Source: Selaginella moellendorffii
Lineage: Eukaryota > Plantae > Lycopodiophyta
Length of the DNA: 64,000 nucleotides
Assembly (NCBI RefSeq): GCF_000143415.4
Contig: NW_003314289.1
Coordinates: 628,292-692,291, forward strand
Direction of reading: 5' to 3'
Part shown: in pieces, positions 55,856-64,000 of the stretch
Numbering within the stretch: position 1 is the stretch's first letter
Layout of the letters: each line of letters begins with the position of its first letter
Notes under the pieces: generated by a model
Database searches by the model: none
What the model was told of the DNA's origin: nothing
Seen by the model: only the letters and a program-made list of their open reading frames with translations
Translations under genes and position numbers: made by a program

Positions 55856-56847
55856 GCACCCCCTCCTCAAGAACGAGTGGAACGAGGACGTGAACGAGAA
55901 CGAAGAGGAGGATGAGATGAGCGGCAAGAAATGGGAGATGGAGAAAAAGAATGAGGACTGGGATGAGAAGGATAGTGGCGGTGGAAGTCTTGAACAAGGT
56001 CAAGAGAATGAATCAGGTTGTCCATAGGTTCCCAAGTGCGTTCCTTAGGTTTATAACCCTTCCAGTCAACCAAATAGCAGAGTTTAGACCATGAAATCTT
56101 GGAATCAAGGACGTTCTAAACTTCGTACTTGATTGGCAATATCAATTATCTGATTAAATTGAACAACATCACCAAAAAATTATACAAACCAAATGATATA
56201 CAAAAAGTAATATTGGGAATATCATTTTTGATTATCAGCACTTGCTAGTACCCAGAAGCAAAATTTAACTTGACGAATTAACAATTTCTCTCTAAAGATC
56301 CAAAAATCAACAATGTGAGGAAAAAGATATACATTTGGGATAACACTTCGTTTAATAGTTGATAATTGATGCAAAAGCAAATACTTCTATCAAATTTTGT
56401 GACAAGATAAAGTTCATATGCCCAAGGATTCCACAACTTTCGGATAACACTATTTTCTAATATTTTCTTGACATTTACACATAAAATTTTAATCTTTTTT
56501 AATAACTAACGATAAATATAAATCTTGATTAGACAAACATCCCCAATTAGAATAAAATGACATAATATATTTTGGCTTTATATTACTTGCAATTCTTTGA
56601 TGGTGATATTGGGACTTCAAGTCAAAGGCAAACTTTGATGCAAAAGAAGTTGAAGTTCTTAAGTTGAATTAAAAATACTTCACTAAAAAACATAACATAA
56701 TTTAGATTGTTAATAACATATATTATATAGTAATTTATTTCCCCATTAAGCATATTCTAAGCACTTTAGAACCTTTTTCAAATCGGACCGTCCAAGCTTT
56801 TAGACCTAGAAATGGACGGTCGGTGATTGGACACCGGATATTCTTTT

Positions 56848-58717
56848 ATGGCGCTCAGTTGTCATCTGTTCCTGGCGCACGGCAGGGTTTGCCGGATTCG
56901 CGGTGAGAATCTATCCAATCAATCTCCGTTCTCTTCGGCGACAACATTGGACTGCGAGCAATCGCTACACCGGATTCTCAGCAAGCTGGAATGCTACAAA
57001 CAGTCGCCATTGGCGGCGCTCCAGTCCGGGCGCTGGGTGAAATTGATTTGCGGAGCAAGCTTTGAGGTGCGTCTCACTGCTGGTTTGCCTCATTTACAAG
57101 ATTTCTCCTCTTGATGTTTCATTTCTTCCTTGTGTGATCACGCAATGTATGATTCATTTTGATCTCTAAGTGGCAACTTAATTTCTCGCATCTTTCCAGG
57201 ACATTGCAGAAGTAAGAAATCTATCACTCATCTATGCTCTTGCTGGTGGTAAGTTTGTCTTTACAGGAAAGATTTAGTAGAAGCAAACTCTTTGCTCATT
57301 TCCTTGCAGTGGACTGCATCGATTGCGCTGCTGATGGAGCAGTAGTGACGGCAGTCAGTGATGGTGTTCGTGCGGCCAAGGAAATCGCTCTGGACTTTGG
57401 ATATAGTTTCCGTGATCCGTGGCTCATGGTCAGCATAAACGATGACGAGGATCCTCATTTCCGCAAAGCTGGTATGCTCTCGGGAGTTCTAAGTTTTTGT
57501 GAAGAAATCTTTTGATTTTTCAGCTGGTTTTGGACAGAGTTCAATCCAAGGCTTTGTCCTTCTGACTGTCCACGTCCCTGCGAGCGTGTATGTCCTGCTT
57601 CAGCTATTTCTTTCAGCTATCCAGAATCAAGTGGAGTTATTCCGGAACGCTGCTATGGCTGTGGTCGTTGCATTCCAGTCTGTCCCATGCGAAACATTCG
57701 TAAGTTCTTTCTATTCCATTTTTGTAGGAATGCTAACAAGAACATTGGATCCAGAAGCTGTAACTTACGTACGAAACCTTGAGAAGGTCTCAGAGTTACT
57801 GTGCTTAGACGAAGTTGATGCTGTGGAGATTCACACCGGACAAGGGTAGCGTTTTCTATTCCAGTTAGTGTCATCTAAAGTCCCTAGTGCTAAACTTCTA
57901 GACGTTTGGAGGCTTTTCATCAGCTGGTGACAAACCTTGGCAGTTCTTTCGATCATCTAAAGCTTGTGGCAGTAAGCACTTGCTTGCTTTCATGAATTTC
58001 TTCACTCGTTTGCAGGTAAGCGTTCCTGACTTGGGCGATTCAATGATCTCTTCCATGACGACAATGTACGAGAGCATGAAACCATATGTCAAATGTGCAA
58101 ACCTCTGGCAGGTATTGTTTTCGTTTTGATTTCAACGATGCTAGATATGATTCTTTAGCTGGATGGACGTCCAATGAGTGGTGATATCGGCAAGGGTGCT
58201 ACTCGAGCTGCGGTAATCCTGGGTGGAAGAGTTTTAGCGGCTTTGGATCGTCCCCCAGGTATTTGCCGATCTTTTCACTTCGACCACCAACACTGTTATT
58301 ATCTTTCCTTTTTGTCTTGTTTGCTACAGGTTTCTTACAGCTTGCTGGTGGGACAAATTCACACACCAGAGAGGCTTTAGAGCTCGCTGGACTTGTAAAC
58401 AATGGTTTGTCTTTCACTACTTGTTCGATTGGTTTTACTATTATACTCTACACAGGCAATGAGTCTATGATTGCTGGCATTGCTGGCATTGCTTTCGGTG
58501 GCTATGCTCGAAAGGTATCACTCTTTTATACGCATTATTCTTCTCTTCCGTGCGGCAAAGACTTAACGTCTTTCCTGTAAAAAAAATCGACCAGATTGTT
58601 TGTAGTTTGCTCAAGGAGCTGGAAGCAACAAAGTCTACACGATTGGAGGACCATCCAGAGCTGTTGTTTAAGTCGATCTCTGTCACAGGAGAGCTTGTAT
58701 GGCCCATGAAGCTTTAA
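56848..58717 (+). CDS. ldpA: LdpA (light-dependent period)-like 4Fe-4S protein, 11 exons, N-terminal extension resembling a transit peptide
   Basis: Exons 56848-57066, 57200-57248, 57310-57471, 57538-57699, 57755-57845, 57902-57971, 58016-58111, 58159-58258, 58330-58404, 58456-58514 and 58595-58717. Motifs WVKLICGASFED, VDCIDCAAD, DDEDPHFRKAEF, CPSDCPRPCERVCPA, CYGCGRCIPVCP, AVEIHT, WQLDGRPMSGDIGKG and QLAGGTN. Confidence 0.92.
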
Positions 58718-60806
58718 TCTGGGTGCGCTCGCGCGACTGGTACGCAAAATAAAAAGAAAAAGAAGAACACATTGTCATGGCGATTAGCTAATGAGTAGTT
58801 GCAGGAAAAAACGCATCTCAGGACTGAAGTTTCCAACAAGTTCATGTAAGAACCCTGTTTAAGGTGCCTCTTGATTGTGTCTCTTCATCATTTCCTTTAC
58901 TAATCCTAAAATTATAGAGAAATCGCAAATGGTGGTAGCCGATTCTCTCGAATTGGATGAACTTTATTCGCTTCATCAAGGTTGGATGAGTGAGAGCAAA
59001 GATCTGTCTTCCATTAAACAGATGCCAAGCTAATTATTGAGGAGAAATTCCACACTCCCATTTTTCCCCGGAAGCATGATGAAAAACTTTCCAAGCTAAG
59101 AGCAAGACCAGACTCTATGAATTGGCTAGCTATCAGCTTTTTATTTTCTTTTCTATGTTTTTTTCCTTCGTACTTGGGCTGGAAAATCAGTGCAAACATG
59201 ATGGTGGCGGATCCTTTCAGGTGGTAAAAGTGGTGTGGAGTGGAATAATGCTGATGAGTTTGGACATGACTCATGAGGGGAGAGCGCTATCTTCTTGTCA
59301 TGTTATTTAAATGGTACACACTGAGTAGAAGCATAGAGATATTCCCTCCACCAAGCAAGAAAACAAGCTATTTTAGCTTGGTCCCAATGAGAGAATCATC
59401 AAAATCTTCAAGGCTCTATCTCTCTTTTCCTTTGAATTTATCTCCTTCAACAGAAAGAAACAAGAAACAAAGGGTGGGCTATGCTCTGAGGGGAGCTTCT
59501 TTTTTGTTTGGGCTTTTGGTACTTTGTCATCTGGAGTTTGTTGTTTCTTGACTGGAGAAAGAATGAATGGATTCTTTTCAACTCTATTCTATTTTTCTCT
59601 ATCTACTAACTCCTCTGGATGGAGAATATGATCGCCTGATTGAGGCAGTTTCTCAATCACTTATATTCGATCCAGCAAAGAAACAGCAGAGGAAAAAGTG
59701 GCACACTTTACATTTTGCCCTTCCACCACCAAGAGCTATTGCACTTTGTACAACACCTCTGATTGATAGCTTCAACTTGAATCTGAACGAGATCTTGCTG
59801 ATTTCAGGATCATTCCAGACTTACACTAGCACTGAAATTGTGAAATTTGAACATAAAAACAGAGCACTCTGTTTTTTTGGCTTTTGCAATCTGGCACAAT
59901 ATCTGGAAAATTGGCACTTTTTGTTCCATCAGCGCTCTCAAAATTTCTGGCATTCCAGCAGAGGTCCTCTGCTGTGTCGCATGTTATGTGGTCAATTTCC
60001 ATTCCAGAAACTCTGGATCTTCATTATACTTTCGCCTGTCTTTGTACAATTATATGCTTCTGCCGATCGATTTCGATTGATTTGCACTTCCCTCCTCTTG
60101 TTTCCTTTGGATGCGCCCCATTTATGCCATGCCCACCAGACCACACCCCAGCACATAGAAATCATGGATTCTTTCACTCTTTGTCTTTTTTCTCTTTTCT
60201 TTTGGGCTTCTCGGTTCTTGGTGTTGCTGGTTGTTGCTGTTTGATTGATGGACTGATTGATTGATTGGGCCATGCTTCCTTGATGTTGTTTTCTCTCTCT
60301 CTCCAAGGCTACGTAGACAAGACGAATTAATAGTGTTCATCGAGGTGACTTGTTCCCTCGAAATTCTAATCCTTTCTAAAGCACGGCACGGCACGGAGAG
60401 AGACGGAACAAACAAAGTTAAAAGCGAAAGACATTTTTATAGTACAGCCAGGAGCTCGATTTCCCTGGAGGATTTTTCTTTCACCGGAGATTTCTCCCTT
60501 CCTTTTGTCGTAAGAATTTGTCTAAGTAATCCTATACCACCACCACTGTAAATATGCTACAAAGCTTTCCTTCGTCGACCACCACGAACGATCTTCTCGC
60601 AGTCGTGATCTTCCTCCTCTGGCCAGATGTGGAAGTGATACCGTATCCATCAATCAATCAACCGAGTGCGTAAGTCACTGTCCTGTCTGTTTGGTTGTCT
60701 CCTCCTGCCTGTGAATCTTCAAGGCCCTGGCCCAGCTTCCCTCGCCAATCCCGAGTACGGTGTAAAGTTTCTAGTACCTCCCAAGTCATAGTCATCGCAG
60801 TTACTT

Positions 60807-63727
60807 CTAGCTCTGATCCCCCGGACAGACTTGAAGAACAACCTGTTGCTGCTCGCCATGCACCAACTGGAGCTTCGACTTTACAGCTTGCTGCTGATGG
60901 TGATGATCCTGGAGCTCTAAATCCCCTGCTTTACCTGCCAGTAGTAGCCTGCTGCGGTTGGATTCTGCGTCGAAGCTCGCGTGAACGCTGTAAACCACGT
61001 AGAAAATCACCACCACTATCGACCAGAGCCCAAACCTCCTGTAAGACTGCCAGTCCACCGAGCCGAGCAAGAACACGTTGAGGAAGATGGAGACGGCGGC
61101 TAACCACGGCATGAGCGGAGCACCCCAGTCGGCCGGCTTGTGAGCTTGCGGAACTTTCCACCAAAAGATCATAGTGAGAAGCACGCACAAGACGCCGAAG
61201 AAGACGAGCCCCCACCAGAGGTCGTTGCGGTTCAAGTTCCAAAAGGTGACGAAGCCGATGGCGGAGCCGGAGAAGAGGACGAGGAAGACGAGCGTCGGCC
61301 AGGGGCTGGAGATCTTCCTCACGACGTGCCTCCGGAAGATGAGAGCGTTGGCGACCATGTAGAAGACGAAGAGCGTCCCGATAGAAATCATGTTGAGTAG
61401 GATCTCTAGATCGGTGAACAGAGATATCGCAGAAGTTACAACGCCTGGACATCGAAACAAAAGTATTAAATTCGCAAGCCTGGAGAACTATAAAGAAAGA
61501 CGCGTAGTGCTCACCTAAGAAAACTGTCGCATTGATTGGAGTCCCTGTAGAAGGATTTACCTTCGCAAACCAGTAAGGGATAACGTTGGACCTTCCTATC
61601 ACGCACAAGTATCGCGCCTGTCCAAGCATAGCAACAAGCAGGGACGTAAAAATTCCCAAGCTTGCACCAACCGAGACTATCTTCGCAGCCCAATCCCAGC
61701 CAACTTTCTTGAAAGCCATCGGATAGGAGGCATCCGCGTCAATCTGTGAATCACCACAAGAGGATATAATATCAGAACACACCCAAAACCATATAGAAAA
61801 GCTTACCATATCGTACGGGACGAGCATACTCATGGAGGCAGCCATGAGGCAGTATAAGACTGAAACGATAGCGACCGAGCCGGAGACACCAATTGGTATG
61901 TTCTTCTTCACAGGCTCTTCAACCTCTTCCGCCAAAGTTGAAACTGCGTCGTAGCCGATATAACTGAAGTAAACAATCGCGGCACCATTTAGCACTCCCC
62001 TGACTCCGTAAGGGAAGAATCCACCTTCGCTGCTCGGGTGTCCGGGTGTTGTGAAGTTCTTCACGTCTCCCTTGACAAATCCGGCCACAATGATGAACAG
62101 TATGAACAAAACATGGGCTATTGTCATCACCATGTTAAAAATGGAGCTGTCTTTGGTGCTGCAGAACAAAGGATATAAAAACATTATAGTCAAATCTTCC
62201 CGGATACAAAAACAAGCACAAGCAAGCTCAAGAAAGTCGCGCGACTGCTCGCATTCCAAAGCCTCGCATAACAAAATAAAGACGAACTTCGCAACAATTT
62301 CCAGCCAAAACAATTGACCACGAAACCATTTCGAGGATCAAGACTGGTGACTCTATCCACTTGAGAGCGACGATAAAGTCATGGGATTCTGTGCAGTAGC
62401 AACCAAAAACGCTAAAGACACCACACAGGCCAGCGGTTTTAATCGATCGGATCCGGCACACGCATCGAATTCTCTCGAGATAAGAACGAGCATAAACTTT
62501 GGGGGGCCTGTAGAAACTAAGAACCAGGAGCAATCATCGAGGTATCAATAAACAGAAACTATGCAAAAGGATCCCACCAGGGAAAAAGAAACTCCAAAAA
62601 AAAATGAACACCAAAAGCAGCAAACGAGGCAAGAGAAGAATGTTGAAATTTCTCATACCTGTAGCACAAGAAGATTGTGATTATGATGAGCAGAGCCACG
62701 GCCGGGAAATCCAGCATGTTGTATTTGGAATGGATTGCTGTCACCTCAATTCTCCAAGCGGCCACTCCAAAGATGGCTGAAAAGTACGCAGTGAAGCTCC
62801 TGGCCACGGCAGCGTTGGACAAAACGTACTCCATGAGGAGGTTGGCACCAGTGAAAAACGCAGCGAATTCCCCTAAGAAAGTCGAAGAAAAAAATCCAAC
62901 CTCAGCTCGAAACAAAGAAAAGAAACAAAGGCCACAATTCAATCACAAACCATCGAAGATCACAAGGAAAAAAATTCCAAAATCAGCTCGAGCAAGAACG
63001 AAACAAAGACCATCGACAATCCCTGGCTCAAAGGAGCCAATTCGCAAGAAAAAATCCAACATCAGCTCGACCGAGAAACAAAACAAAGAAAGTAAACAAA
63101 GATCACAATTCAATCCCTGGCTCAAAAGGATCACTCACAACTTAACCACCAAAGACCACAAGAAAAAATCAGCAGGTCGAGCAAAACACAAGGAAAAGAA
63201 GCAAAGTTCCAATTCAATCCACAATCCCTGGCTCAAAGGATCACTCACAACACAACTTGGAGCAACGCAAGCACACAAAATAGAAAGCAAAAATAAAGGA
63301 AAGGAGAGGAGTTCTAGGAGTTCTTACCAAATGTGATGCGCAAGTAGCTAAACGCGCCTCCAGCGACGGGCATTTCCACCGCGAATTCGGTGTAGCAGAA
63401 GGCCGAGAGGAGCGCCGAGATGCCAGCCACAATGTATGCCAGCACTATCGATGGCCCGGCGAAGCTCTTGGCGGCGGTGCCGGTCGTGACGAAGATCCCC
63501 GCCCCCAGCATCCCTCCCATTCCCATCGCGATTAGATCATACCACTTGAGCTTGCGCCGCATTTCGGCGCCGGATCGCGATCGCACCTCGTTCATCTCCT
63601 CGCTCGGCGTCCACGACGCGGCCATTCGCTGCTTGAGCCGCGAATGCGTCTTGGACATCGCGGAGAGATAGGCCGTGACGCTGGCGAAGGAGGAAGAGGG
63701 ATCCTCCATGTCGACGCATCGATTCAT
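60807..63727 (-). CDS. Cationic amino-acid transporter (APC superfamily, CAT6/7-like), 5 exons
   Basis: Exons 63727 (or 63709)-63328, 62872-62659, 62158-61807, 61743-61515 and 61444-60807, with consistent phases. Motifs GMGGMLGAGIFVTTG, CYTEFAVEMPVAGGAFSYLR, FSYIGYDAVST, MLGQARY and ISIGTLFVFYMVA. Confidence 0.95.
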
Positions 63728-63803
63728 CCAATCCAGAAAGGAAGAGAATTTGGGAAAATTTCCTAGTATCGCTCCAAGAACAAGGACTAACTAGCTAGGT
63801 TGG

Positions 63804-63957
63804 CTTTTATAAAGGAGGTTCCACAAAAGGAATTTGTTCCAACGGTGGAGATGCGCAAACCGAGACCACCCCATGACGTGGACGGCTGCGATTTGGGGGA
63901 TCGTAGCAAAGGGTCAAAACCAAAACGGGGGAGACAATCAATCCTGGCCGTCCACGT
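63804..63957 (-). promoter_or_regulatory. Putative CAT promoter: TATA box plus an inverted pair of ACGTGG/CCGTCC elements
   Basis: TATAAAAG on the minus strand at 63804-63811. ACGTGGACGGC (63876-63886) and GCCGTCCACGT (63947-63957) form a perfect 11-bp inverted repeat. Confidence 0.55.
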
Positions 63958-64000
63958 GAAATTTGGCGCAGATAAAACTAAACCTTTACCGCCCGTCACG

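Larger units (their letters stand above)
53220..56130. repeat. ~2.9 kb inverted repeat (arms 53220-54653 and 54697-56130, ~43-nt spacer)
   Basis: The arms are reverse complements with scattered transitions. Mirrored ORF pairs appear in the track: 53435-53782(-)/55568-55915(+) and 53823-54062(-)/55324-55527(+). Confidence 0.95.

Noticed and set aside
59245-59302. Small hairpin faintly resembling miR156/miR535 arms
   Set aside because: The stem is too short and mismatched, and there is no exact mature miRNA match.
59567-60244. 225-aa plus-strand ORF between LdpA and CAT
   Set aside because: Low-information F/L/S-rich translation with no motif. It is probably intergenic or UTR sequence.
62677-63336. 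219-aa Lys-rich plus-strand ORF
   Set aside because: Antisense to CAT exon 2 and its T-rich repetitive intron 1.
63843-63855. CGGTGGAGATGCG resembling a tRNA-Ala PBS
   Set aside because: No adjacent LTR end or retroelement sequence; chance match in the CAT promoter.

Overview
This is a eukaryotic plant nuclear window. The compact 45-130 nt introns and the gene content suggest a lycophyte such as Selaginella, which is inference only. There are three ordinary spliced host genes: a YebC/PmpR/TACO1-family gene (5022-6166, -), an LdpA-like 4Fe-4S gene (56848-58717, +) and a cationic amino-acid transporter (60807-63727, -). There is also one odd, very AT-rich, intronless ORF with a bulb-type (GNA) lectin domain (3653-4507). 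Between the head-to-head YebC and LdpA genes lies a ~50 kb nested LTR-retrotransposon island. It holds: (i) a near-intact Ty3/gypsy element (7764-12773) with 174-bp LTRs, a 4-bp TSD, a tRNA-Ala PBS and a G_GGA_AAC slippery site plus pseudoknot; (ii) four copies of a non-coding LARD-like LTR family ('B') with microsatellite-bearing LTRs and a hairpin-rich core carrying tandem tRNA T-arm/B-box mimics; (iii) a degenerate chromovirus ('A'); (iv) several solo LTRs; (v) a 2.9 kb inverted repeat built from two retrotransposon families. The most striking feature is a TSD-flanked 4.7 kb chimera (42608-47295). In it a tandem array of 5S-rRNA-carrying Cassandra-type TRIM units is joined to gag, protease, RNase H and LTR pieces of other gypsy-type elements, and its two ends come from different families. 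This is a candidate molecular record of which autonomous element packages and mobilises Cassandra. Family labels A-F are my own working names. All alignments were done by eye.
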